Below the pieces are notes generated by a model that did no database searches, had not been told where the DNA came from, and saw nothing but the letters and a program-made list of their open reading frames with translations. From Dehalococcoidales bacterium (lineage in GTDB: Bacteria > Chloroflexota > Dehalococcoidia > Dehalococcoidales > RBG-16-60-22), in contig DAOUGB010000068.1 of assembly GCA_034429595.1 (NCBI GenBank), positions 11,067 through 75,066 of the forward strand: a DNA stretch of 64,000 bases, in the 5' to 3' direction. Positions 18,605-27,711 of this stretch are shown one piece after another (position 1 is the first letter of the stretch; each line of letters opens with the position of its first letter). The position numbers and the translations under genes are program-made.

Positions 18605-19789
18605 ATGTATGATGTAATCATCGTCGGCGGGGGGCCGTCAGGGAGTTATACCGCCCGCCGGCTGGCGGAAAAAGGTCACAGGGCACTGGTACTGGAAGCG
18701 AACCCGCAGGCGGGGGGGAAAACCAGCTGCACGGGCATTGTGGGACTGGAATGTATCACCACTTTCAATATCCCCCAAAAAGTAGTGCTGCGGCAAGCCA
18801 ACAGCGCTATGGTATTTTCACCATCGGGCAATACGCTACATCTTTACCGCGGGGAGCCGCAGGCATGTATTCTGGACCGGGAGGCTTTCGATATTTTTCT
18901 GGCGGAACATGCCCAGCAAAGTGGGGCGGAATATGAATTCAATTGCCGGGCGACCGGTGTCACCGCAGAAAAAAACCATGCAGATATCCTAGTATCCTGC
19001 AGCGGCCGCGATAGTAAACTCTCCGCGAAAGCGGTGGTTATCGCCAGCGGCTTTAGTCCGGGGTTCAACGAGCGGGTGGGGCTGGGCGGCTTTAAAGACT
19101 GCGTTCATGGTGCGCAGGCGGAAGTAGCAGCTCCGGGGCTGGAAGAAGTAGAAGTATACTTCGGGGATATGGCGCCGGGGTTCTTCGCCTGGCTGGCGCC
19201 TACCGTTCCCGGTAAGGCAAAAGCCGGGCTGCTGGCGCGGCAGGACCCGGGAGTCCTGTTGAAGCAATGGTTTAACCGCCTGCAGGAAACCGGGAAAATA
19301 ACAGCGAAAGACTCAAAGATACATTACGGCAGCATACCGCTTAAACCGCCCCCGCGTACTTACGGCTATCGCCTGATAGCGGTGGGAGATGCTGCCGGCC
19401 ACACCAAACCTACCAGCGGCGGTGGTATTTACTACGGCTTAATCGGGGCGGAGATAGCGGCAGAGGTTTTACACCAAGCGCTGCAGGAAGGCGACCTTTC
19501 CGCAGCAAGATTGGCGCGGTACGAGAGGGCATGGCGAAAAAAGCTGGGAAAAGAAATCCGGATGGGTTACTGGGCACGACGATTTTACGAGCGGTTGAGC
19601 AATGAGCAAATCGACCTTATCTTTAAGATAATGAAATCCGGCGGCATTGACGAAGCATTGCTCAAGGCGGAAGACCTTTCTTTCGATTGGCACAGTCGTA
19701 CTATTATGAAGCTTTTAAGATACCAGGTGGTTGCCGGAACGTTGAAGATAGTCAGGCTGCCGTTTCAGCGCGACCGTATTGACCACTAA
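18605..19789 (+). CDS. geranylgeranyl reductase-family FAD-dependent oxidoreductase
   Basis: It carries YDVIIVGGGPSGSYTARRLAE and GDAAGHTKPTSGGGIYYG. Confidence 0.8.
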   Translation: MYDVIIVGGGPSGSYTARRLAEKGHRALVLEANPQAGGKTSCTGIVGLECITTFNIPQKVVLRQANSAMVFSPSGNTLHLYRGEPQACILDREAFDIFLAEHAQQSGAEYEFNCRATGVTAEKNHADILVSCSGRDSKLSAKAVVIASGFSPGFNERVGLGGFKDCVHGAQAEVAAPGLEEVEVYFGDMAPGFFAWLAPTVPGKAKAGLLARQDPGVLLKQWFNRLQETGKITAKDSKIHYGSIPLKPPPRTYGYRLIAVGDAAGHTKPTSGGGIYYGLIGAEIAAEVLHQALQEGDLSAARLARYERAWRKKLGKEIRMGYWARRFYERLSNEQIDLIFKIMKSGGIDEALLKAEDLSFDWHSRTIMKLLRYQVVAGTLKIVRLPFQRDRIDH

Positions 19790-19834
19790 TACCGGAAATG
19801 ATTAGAATAAAATAGAATTTACATGGAGAGGTAA

Positions 19835-20650
19835 ATGACAAACAGCGCAGACCACATACCCAGTCTGGGCGAGGCGGTAACGCTTTACCTGGGCAAGCTA
19901 ACGGTAAAAAACCGCGAAGAAAGCCAGCCGGAGGTCTATAAATTTGCGCGGTGGTGCGGATGGGAGGGGTCTTTCTCAAAGCTGGCCGGTCCTGCCGTAG
20001 CAGGATACGCCGAGACGATTAATATTTCCGATATCGACTACGAAAAAAAGTTCAGTATTCTGCGGGCTTTTCTCGCCCACGCTAAGAAAGCCGGGTGGAG
20101 CCAGACCAATCTGGCAACCCACCTGAAATCCAAGAAGGGCAAAGCCGGGCCAGTGATGAAAGCCACGGCTAAAAATACCCAGCCGGAAACCATTGCTCTA
20201 ACGCAGCAGCGCTATAATGAAATGCAGGCAGAACTGGTAACCCTTAAAAAGAGAAGCACCGAGCTGGTTGGTGAAATCCAGCGTGCCGCTGCGGATAAAG
20301 ACTTCCGGGAGAATGCGCCGCTAGCCGCGGCCAGGGAGGAACGGGGGCATGTTGAGGGAAGGATTAAAGAGCTGGAACAGGCCTTGAAATCCGCCACTAT
20401 TATCCAGGAAAACAAAGGTCCTGCCCGCAAATCAACCATCGGGAACTGCATATTGGTCTGCGATCTGGCTTCCAACGAGGAATGCCGTTATACACTCGTC
20501 GACCGCCGTGAAGTAAATGTTGCCAAGGGCAAGATATCCATAGAATCGCCGCTTGGTAAAGCACTCCTGGGGAGGAACGACGGAGACACGGTAGAAATTA
20601 ACGTGCCGGCGGGCAAGTTGCGTTATCAGATAAAAAAAATCGAACGCTAG
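19835..20650 (+). CDS. greA: GreA-family transcript cleavage factor with about 120-aa N-terminal extension
   Basis: The C-terminal 150 aa form a GreA coiled coil with an acidic tip (DKDFRENAPLAAAREE) plus a globular domain (SIESPLGKALLGRNDGDTVEINVPAG). The N-terminal 120 aa are unassigned. Confidence 0.75.
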   Translation: MTNSADHIPSLGEAVTLYLGKLTVKNREESQPEVYKFARWCGWEGSFSKLAGPAVAGYAETINISDIDYEKKFSILRAFLAHAKKAGWSQTNLATHLKSKKGKAGPVMKATAKNTQPETIALTQQRYNEMQAELVTLKKRSTELVGEIQRAAADKDFRENAPLAAAREERGHVEGRIKELEQALKSATIIQENKGPARKSTIGNCILVCDLASNEECRYTLVDRREVNVAKGKISIESPLGKALLGRNDGDTVEINVPAGKLRYQIKKIER

Positions 20651-20681
20651 CCCGGATGTGTTATAATAGTTTTGTCACCAA

Positions 20682-20757
20682 GGGGATATAGCTCAGCCGG
20701 GAGAGCGCTGCGTTCGCATCGCAGAGGTCGGGGGTTCGAATCCCCCTATCTCCACCA
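20682..20757 (+). tRNA. tRNA-Ala (anticodon CGC), CCA encoded
   Basis: The 76-nt cloverleaf was folded by eye. The acceptor GGGGATA/TATCTCC contains the G3:U70 alanine identity pair. The anticodon stem is ctgcg/cgcag with loop ttCGCat. The T-arm is gggggttcgaatccccc. Confidence 0.9.
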
Positions 20758-20811
20758 GTTAACTGGTAAAACCCGGGTAAAACCAGCTGCTTCCATTTAC
20801 CAATGACCGAG

Positions 20812-21747
20812 TTATCTCATAAATGAGTATTGGCTATTATTGTTAAAGAACCCGTTACGAGATAACGAACTCAAGACCCTTTGTTGCTTGGACGGCTGTA
20901 CAGGATTAGGATTTGCCACCAGGTATAAGTCATTGGGCGGATTCCACCAAGTTCTTGGTTGACTTGAATCATTCATGTGAAGACGCCGCCATACACTCAA
21001 CATTTCAGGGAGGGGAAGAGAGTTGTCCTTTATCACGTCAGGGAGATCATGACAACAGAAAGTGGAAGTCGGCCAGCCCCTAGACGTGAGTCGGTGTTGT
21101 AAAGACGCCAAGAGGTCGGCCTTTGCGTCAGGCTCGATTACTAAAATCATCTTGGACTCTTGCTCTTCATAGTCACCAAGCGCAGCCAGTAAAGGACTCC
21201 AGTCGTCAAAGCCATATGGGAAGCAAGCAGAAAAGACGACCAAATCATAGGTCGCGAAGCTTATAATGTTCTTTGCCAAGTCTATAATTGAGCCTTGTCT
21301 ATATGAAGTCGAGACACGGCGCCAACAGTCAGAACATTCGGAGAAAAGGATCATTTCCGGGCTTGGCTCGATTCCCATGAGGCTGACATGTTGAGGGAAA
21401 TCCAGTAAATCCACTGCGATGGCTGTCGCTCCGGTTCCACTTCCAATATCAAGTACCGACTCCGGATACCAGCCATCAAGCACGGAAAGTAATGATCCGA
21501 AAATAGAAACGATGCGCCTTGGCATATACTTGAGAGCGTAAACGAGAGGAAGGCCCGGCATACTATAATCAGGTTCTCTACCTAATCTTAACTCGTCTAG
21601 CTCATCACCTAGCTTCTGTGTATTGATAGGTATCCGACGTATGGCAAGTTTGCGCAAGTAGCTAAGCGCCGCTTCTGCAACTGCTTTATCTAGCCTTTCA
21701 TGGAGTCGCCGCCATTCGTAATTACTAAGGGTATCAAGTGTAAGCAT
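20812..21747 (-). CDS. class I SAM-dependent methyltransferase (Rsm22-like layout)
   Basis: 311 aa. It has a SAM-binding motif I (VLDIGSGTGATAIAV) preceded by LVYALKYMPRR. The region is visibly AT-richer than its flanks. Confidence 0.6.
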   Translation of the reverse strand: MLTLDTLSNYEWRRLHERLDKAVAEAALSYLRKLAIRRIPINTQKLGDELDELRLGREPDYSMPGLPLVYALKYMPRRIVSIFGSLLSVLDGWYPESVLDIGSGTGATAIAVDLLDFPQHVSLMGIEPSPEMILFSECSDCWRRVSTSYRQGSIIDLAKNIISFATYDLVVFSACFPYGFDDWSPLLAALGDYEEQESKMILVIEPDAKADLLASLQHRLTSRGWPTSTFCCHDLPDVIKDNSLPLPEMLSVWRRLHMNDSSQPRTWWNPPNDLYLVANPNPVQPSKQQRVLSSLSRNGFFNNNSQYSFMR

Positions 21748-22101
21748 TCGTCTTCACCGCCTTAACTGAATTTTTATCAACAAATAATAGAACATATGTT
21801 CTTCCAATTAAGGCTTAGTATAACCTGTTCCACTTCGAAAGTCAACACATTGTTGTCACTATTTTTATTCACACCTTGAACATTATTCGAAAATCACTGC
21901 CATACCTGCTTTCCGATATTATTCAAGGCTGGAAGCATCTTACCTAGCTGGTTATCTACCAGATTTGAAACCAGATGTTTAATGGCTTAGTCAACCATAG
22001 AGTGTATATTTTGTATCAATTCAAAAGGTGACTTGTAATTTTCAAGTATATAAGGTAGACTAGGTTTCAGAACAATAGTTCTTACTGGAAGAAGCAACGA
22101 A

Positions 22102-23277
22102 ATGTCTTACGCTGAACAATTGGACCTACTTGGACAACGAGCGTTCACGCCCTCGTTACCAACAGAATACAAACCCGTTCGCTCTGCCCACTTTCAGCCG
22201 TCGCAGATTTGTTTAGCCAAAGGTAGTATGACCACATACGAACGTAGGTCATTTGTCAAACGTATCTGCGATCTCTACCCGGAAGCGCAGGTGAAAGAAC
22301 GGTTTGACGTGCCTCATAACCAGATAGAATTGGGCGGACAAGAGCCTTTGAGTCTGCATCGCACCGGGAAACAAACGCTTGTGTTCGGTGAGCTTACATC
22401 GGCGGTGCGTTTTGCCGAAGAGAGGGGAAATGCCTGCCCCAACTATTGGCATTTTTCTCCTTATGGATTCTGCCCGTATGATTGCAAGTACTGTTACCTG
22501 GCCGGGACGCCAGGAGTCAAGTTCTCTCCTTCGGTCAAGATATACGTGAACTTACCTGAAATGCTGCAACGTATCGATGTCATTGCACGGAAACTTGCTA
22601 CGCCAACGGCATTCTACCTCGGAAAGCTACAAGATTCCCTGGCACTAGACTCTCTCACAGCTTACACAACAATCCTGGTGCCTTTCTTTGCCGAGCATCC
22701 CTGGGCACGTCTTACACTTCTAACGAAGAGCGCTTACATTGACCGGCTGTTGGATTTAGACCATCGCGGGCACTCTATCCTTTCATGGAGCGTGAACCCG
22801 CCGGAAATATCGGCTTTCTTTGAGGAAAACGTCCCCAGCATCGATGAACGTCTAGAGGCCATGCGCCGTGTTTCTGATCGCGGTTACCCTGTGCGCGCTA
22901 TCATGATGCCTATTATCCCCATTGACGGCTGGCAAGATAGGTATAGCGCATTCACGACGCACTTGCTTAAGACTGTACCCATTCAGCGTTTAACCCTCGG
23001 CGGTATCTGTATTTACCGAAGCGCTCGCGACCTTATGGAGACAAAGATGGGGGTACGGAACGTAGTGTCGGGGCACATCGACCATGTATCTCCCAAAGCA
23101 GAAGACGGGAGGGCGCGCTATCCTCGCAGTTTCCGCCACGAAGCCTACTCGCTGATTATCCAGTCCGTGCGAAAACTTCGCCCGGACCTGGGCATTGCTC
23201 TTTGTCTGGAGGAACAAGAGCTTTGGGAAAGTACCGGGCTCGCAGGAAACATAGGACGGTGTAATTGCCTCTTGTAA
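22102..23277 (+). CDS. radical SAM protein, spore-photoproduct-lyase / DNA-photolyase (COG1533)-like, copy 1
   Basis: 391 aa. It has a CxxxCxxC motif (CPYDCKYCYLAG), a TIM-barrel-like remainder and a C-terminal GRCNCLL. Confidence 0.7.
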   Translation: MSYAEQLDLLGQRAFTPSLPTEYKPVRSAHFQPSQICLAKGSMTTYERRSFVKRICDLYPEAQVKERFDVPHNQIELGGQEPLSLHRTGKQTLVFGELTSAVRFAEERGNACPNYWHFSPYGFCPYDCKYCYLAGTPGVKFSPSVKIYVNLPEMLQRIDVIARKLATPTAFYLGKLQDSLALDSLTAYTTILVPFFAEHPWARLTLLTKSAYIDRLLDLDHRGHSILSWSVNPPEISAFFEENVPSIDERLEAMRRVSDRGYPVRAIMMPIIPIDGWQDRYSAFTTHLLKTVPIQRLTLGGICIYRSARDLMETKMGVRNVVSGHIDHVSPKAEDGRARYPRSFRHEAYSLIIQSVRKLRPDLGIALCLEEQELWESTGLAGNIGRCNCLL

Positions 23278-23584
23278 AGAAGAGGATGCATTTGCTAAAT
23301 GCCAGCTAAGCGCCACAGGAGGAGGATCGAATTCCCCATCCAAGAGAGGTTGTAAGGGATTTACTATCGGATTATCCGGCTCTTTATTACTGAACATTCT
23401 GTTAAAAAAGTCAAGTAAACTGCCGGACAATAAAAGTTAAAAATTAATAAGCCAACATGATTGCCCGGGTACGGCCTGTTTTACACTAAAACGGACTTAA
23501 GATAGAGTTTGGAAAAGCCCCCAGGGTTAACAGATTTTTAGCAGCTTGACTCTATAGCCCAGGAAGATTAGCACCCTACATGCT

Positions 23585-23665
23585 AAGGATGAATTCCAGT
23601 TTAAAAGTTCTGCCTATTGACACCCCTTCCCCACCAAGTCTGGTAAAACCCTCGGTAAAACTGAC
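23585..23665. repeat. degenerate copy of the tRNA-Ala 3' end plus its downstream flank (att-like)
   Basis: ccccttccccaccaagtctggtaaaaccctcggtaaaac compares with tRNA/flank ccccctatctccaccagttaactggtaaaacccgggtaaaac. Its 5' part (aattccagtttaaaagttctgcctattgac) matches the 56-bp repeats at 27576 and 51721. Confidence 0.55.
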
Positions 23666-23670
23666 CTCAA

Positions 23671-24075
23671 TTAAGCTTTCTTAATGGCTTTCTTTGGCTT
23701 TGCCTCGAAGAGTTTTACTACCCGCTCTTTTAAATAGCGCTGAACGTAAGAATTAACCGTTCCATCAGGGTAAATAATACGATTCCCGATAAGCAGTTTC
23801 ATCTTTTTCGCCAAAACGTAATCAGCGACTGAAATATCTGCTTTTTCCTTTAATTCAACAAGGGAAAATATAGTATTTTCCCAAAGCCATTCCCAAACCT
23901 CTCTTTCAGAACAAGCGGTAAGTTCGGTTGGTTTTTCTGCCTGTTTTATATCAAGTAAAGTCCATGTGATAATTATCTTAATAAGTTCAGGGCTATCCGC
24001 TATCAAGAGGACTACTTCAGGCTTTTCATCCTGTTTGAAATAATTTAGTTTTTCAGCAAATATAGCTTCAGACAT
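23671..24075 (-). CDS. hypothetical protein (134 aa), last gene of the islet-2 operon
   Basis: ORF only, with no recognisable motif. Its start lies 3 nt after the stop codon of the preceding gene. Confidence 0.4.
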   Translation of the reverse strand: MSEAIFAEKLNYFKQDEKPEVVLLIADSPELIKIIITWTLLDIKQAEKPTELTACSEREVWEWLWENTIFSLVELKEKADISVADYVLAKKMKLLIGNRIIYPDGTVNSYVQRYLKERVVKLFEAKPKKAIKKA

Positions 24076-24084
24076 ATCTAGTCC

Positions 24085-25250
24085 TCACAAAACGCAGTTA
24101 CAATGCCCTTGATTGGTTTCAATTCCGCTATTTCTCCACAAAGCTTCTTCTTCAAGACATAAAGCAATTTTAAGGTTAGGCCGGTGTTTTTTAGCGACTG
24201 CAATGATATGACGATACATCTTGGTTCTAAGCGAGGCAGAGTAGCGGTTTCTGCCATCTGGCGATCCAATCTTTCCATGTTTATTGATATCGAATTATGG
24301 GAACCCATCTTTACTTCCATTAATGCCCGCGCAACTTTGTAGCTACATATACCGCCAAGAGTAAGCCGTTGTAAAGGTATGGCCTCAACCAAGTGCCTTG
24401 TGAACGAGGAGTAAATATTTCGCCATCCGGCAACAGGAATAATAGGCATCATGATTGCACGTATATGATAACCTGCTGAAGCCGCCTTAAGCATCGCTTC
24501 CAAACGTTCTTCAATGCCTGGCACATTCTCCTCAAATACACTGCTTATCTCCGGCGGATTTACACTCCACGATAAAATAGAATGTCCTTTATGTTTGAGC
24601 CCTAACAACCGGTCGACATTAGTACTTTTTGTGAGTAAGGTTAGACGTGCGTAGGGATGTTCTGCAAAAAATGGAACCATTACGCTGGAGTAAGCCGTTA
24701 ATGGATCAAGTGCTAAAGAATCCTGGAGTTTCCCTAAATAGAAAGCGGCAGGTTTCTGCAAGCGTTGGGCAATCTGGCCTATCTCCTCCAAAATCTCTGG
24801 CAGGTTCACGTATATTTTGACTGTTGGAGAGAACTTTACTCCTTGAGTGCCGGCAAGGAAACAGTATTTACAGCCATACGGACAGAAACCGTAAGGCGAG
24901 AAATGCCAATAGTTGGGACAGGTGTTACCTGACTCTTCGCTAAAGCGTACGGCTGTTTTCAACTCACCAAAAACCAAGGTGCTTTTGCCGGCTCGATGTA
25001 GCGCAAGCGGTTCTTTATCTGGTAACTCAATGCGATTGTGAGGAGTATCAAGGCGTTCATTAATTTCCACTTCAGGGTAGAGTTTGCAGATACCTTCCAC
25101 AAATGCCCGGCGTTCCGGTGTAGAGATACTTCCTTTTGCCAGGTAAATACGGGAAACCTGAAAATAATCCGGGCGAACAGGAGTATAGTAGGTAGGAAGA
25201 ACAACCTTCGAATTTGTAAAAAGGCTAATTTGAGAGTCATTGTTTTTCAT
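24085..25250 (-). pseudogene. SPL-like radical SAM gene, copy 2, with frameshift near 24263-24268
   Basis: About two-thirds identical by eye to copy 1 over about 330 aa (CPYGCKYCFLAG). The track frame then diverges. A different frame reads SPDGRNRYSASLRTKMYRHIIAVAKKHRPNLKIALCLEEEALWRNSGIETNQGHCNCVL*, which aligns with the copy-1 C-terminus. Confidence 0.7.
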
Positions 25251-26332
25251 GGATTCCTAACCGCCTTATTTCCGGTCAAATTCTCCCAACGTTTTACGAT
25301 TATATCGCAATAAGCGGGATTCATCTCCATTAAAAATGCTTTTCTTGATGCTTTTTCAGCAGCAATCAATGTCGTACCTGAACCTCCAAAAGGTTCGAAA
25401 ATTTTATCTCCGCTACCACTATATGCCTGCATTGAGCGATAAGGAATTTCAACAGGGCAAACTGCAGGATGCCCGAATATTTTCATTTGATTGGTCACAG
25501 CGGGTATTTCCCAAACATCGGTATGGTATTTTGCCATATAATCTCGACCCTCTCGCGTCATCTTTGGCATATCGCCCGTTTTCTGATAGACTAATAACGC
25601 TTCCCATTCGAATGCGGGATAATAACATGAATTACGCTGGATATGAAAGTTCCTTGGGGTCGCGTAATTCGCGGCCGTCTTTTTCCAAATGATATTATCG
25701 AGAAACTGGAACCCAATTTCTTCAAAAAGTCTTGAGTGATGACTTACGTGGTTATGATGAGTAGTACATCCATTGCCTATGTTCCACACACAAACGCCCC
25801 CATTTTTAAGAGTAGCGTGGCAATTCCGGATAATTTTCTGCATATCTTCAAGATAAGCTGAATAATCTTTCCAATGCGAGTAGATTTTTTGGTTAAAATA
25901 TGGGGGACTGATCAAGTTCAGGTATTATGTTCTCATCTTCGTTATCATCTATGATAAATCTTCTTATTTCCTCATCGCTGAATCCCATACTTTTAATATC
26001 TATATCCTCTGACCGTAATTCTTCTAAAATTTCCCTAAGCTTTGGGAAGTCCCAATCGGCAATTTCAGCGGTTTTATTATCGGCAATAGCAAAGGCTTTC
26101 CGCTTGGCATCTGTCATTTCAGTAATGATTACAGGGACTTTCTCCAAGCCAAGCCTCTGCGCGGCTTTCCAGCGCGTATGGCCGGCTATAATAGTCATGT
26201 TCTGGTCACAGAGAATAGGAGCATTAAAACCATGCTTTCTGCGACCGCATCCACAGCCTGGTCGTTTATTCTAGGATTTTCCTCCCAGGGATTTAACTTA
26301 TCTGTTTCTATCTCTCGAATCTGAAGCATCAT
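25247..26332 (-). pseudogene. ParB-like nuclease domain :: N4/N6 DNA methyltransferase, split into three frames
   Basis: Frame a reads MMLQIREIETDKLNPWEENPRINDQAVDAVAES. Frame b reads HGFNAPILCDQNMTIIAGHTRWKAAQRLGLEKVPV (ParB N-terminal domain). Frame c reads LISPPYFNQ...FEPFGGSGTTLIAAE (SPPY and FxGxG methyltransferase motifs). Its stop codon overlaps the start of SPL-like copy 2 (ATGA). Confidence 0.7.
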
Positions 26333-26361
26333 TATTTCTCTTCTATAATTAATCACCAAAC

Positions 26362-27372
26362 CTAAAGCAAACTTGGCTGGTTGCTATATTCCGGCCACTC
26401 TCCTGTAATATTGCATCTACCACCGATATCAGGATTCATACATCCGCAAACGGATAAATTTATGTCATATTTTTCAGCCACATGCCTGAAATGAGCATAT
26501 ATTTCTTCTCTCTTTGATAGTGGTAAAGGAATAATGGAAGAATGTTCAGCATACACTATTAAGCGCCCTTCGCTTTTATAATAAGCTAATAATTCCCCCA
26601 ACATTTTATTATCAGCTATACGCCGTTTCAAAGAGGCGACAATAGCCGGCCTCAAGAAAAGCGTGCTTATAGCGGCACGTTTTACTCCGGTATTCGCTAT
26701 CGCTCTTAACAATTTCTCGATTGAGCCAGGTTTATCGGTGATACCGGGGATAATAGGAATAATGCGTGCCTCTGTAACTATCCCGCCTTCAACAAGCCTC
26801 GCCATTTGTTCGAGGCGTGCGCTCGTGCTCGCAGCGTTTGGTTCAAATACGCACCGTATGCCTTCATCCACCGTAATTATTCCTATCTGTATCCTTACAT
26901 AATCAGCATGAGCCAAAAGGAACTTGATAGTCTTTTCGGGAATATAGCCTTTAGTGAGAATTGCGACGCCTACGCCTCTGGATAGTAAATATTCCAATAT
27001 AGAGAGACTAAGTTCTATCACATCTGAAACGGGTTGGAAAATATCACTTGATGGACTGAAATATACCGCTTGAGGTTTAATTCGTTTACTTGAAAGTTCA
27101 CCTTTTATTTTATCCAGCGTATTTTCATAAACAACAACTTTGTTTCCTCCGGGGAAAACACTGTACCCGCGTGCATAACAATAGAGGCAATCATGGGCGC
27201 ATCCTGCGGTAAGATTGACCGCTGGAATATGAGCCAAGCAAGCTAGACTTGACGATGAAAGAACAGTAGATTTACGCTTGGTTTTAATAATACTTACTAT
27301 GGACATCATATAATCTGGATAAGAACGTTTGTTCGGTTTACATATTATAGCATCCAATTTTGCGGGACGCAA
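26362..27372 (-). CDS. radical SAM protein, COG1533 'DNA repair photolyase'-like, third paralogue class
   Basis: It has the motif CAHDCLYCYARG. It runs about 300 aa from the internal ATG at 27309. The track start at 27372 is a TTG. Confidence 0.7.
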   Translation of the reverse strand: MRPAKLDAIICKPNKRSYPDYMMSIVSIIKTKRKSTVLSSSSLACLAHIPAVNLTAGCAHDCLYCYARGYSVFPGGNKVVVYENTLDKIKGELSSKRIKPQAVYFSPSSDIFQPVSDVIELSLSILEYLLSRGVGVAILTKGYIPEKTIKFLLAHADYVRIQIGIITVDEGIRCVFEPNAASTSARLEQMARLVEGGIVTEARIIPIIPGITDKPGSIEKLLRAIANTGVKRAAISTLFLRPAIVASLKRRIADNKMLGELLAYYKSEGRLIVYAEHSSIIPLPLSKREEIYAHFRHVAEKYDINLSVCGCMNPDIGGRCNITGEWPEYSNQPSLL

Positions 27373-27575
27373 GATATATTGGTCACCAATTATGACAGCC
27401 TTAAGGCATAAAGCGGAACAATATAGGATGAGTTTTACAATTTAACCAACATGGTAAAACCGCAGCCAGGTTCCCCGGAGTTATCTTAATCATGTGATTT
27501 TTTATAAGTCCACGTATTATTAAAGATATAGCAAACAATAATTCCCCGCATAAGCAATAGAGAGCTATTCAGTTT

Positions 27576-27631
27576 TGAGGCTAAATTCAAGCTCAAAAAT
27601 TCTGCCTGTTACCACCCTATCTCCACCAAAG
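27576..27631. repeat. 56-bp direct repeat, left boundary of the eCIS block
   Basis: tgaggctaaattcaagctcaaaaattctgcctgttaccaccctatctccaccaaag differs at 3 positions from 51721-51776. It ends with 14 nt identical to the tRNA-Ala 3' end (ccctatctccacca). Confidence 0.8.
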
Positions 27632-27711
27632 GGTATCAATAGGCAAAAAGCATTTACAAGCAACATTAATATCAAGAGGACGGCCTCTCCTGATTACTTT
27701 TGCTGTTCCAA

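Noticed and set aside
27448-27475. Fragment catggtaaaaccgcagccaggttcc resembling the tRNA-downstream flank (ggtaaaaccagctgcttcc)
   Set aside because: The similarity is short and out of order relative to the 56-bp repeat. It could be chance, so it is not used as evidence.
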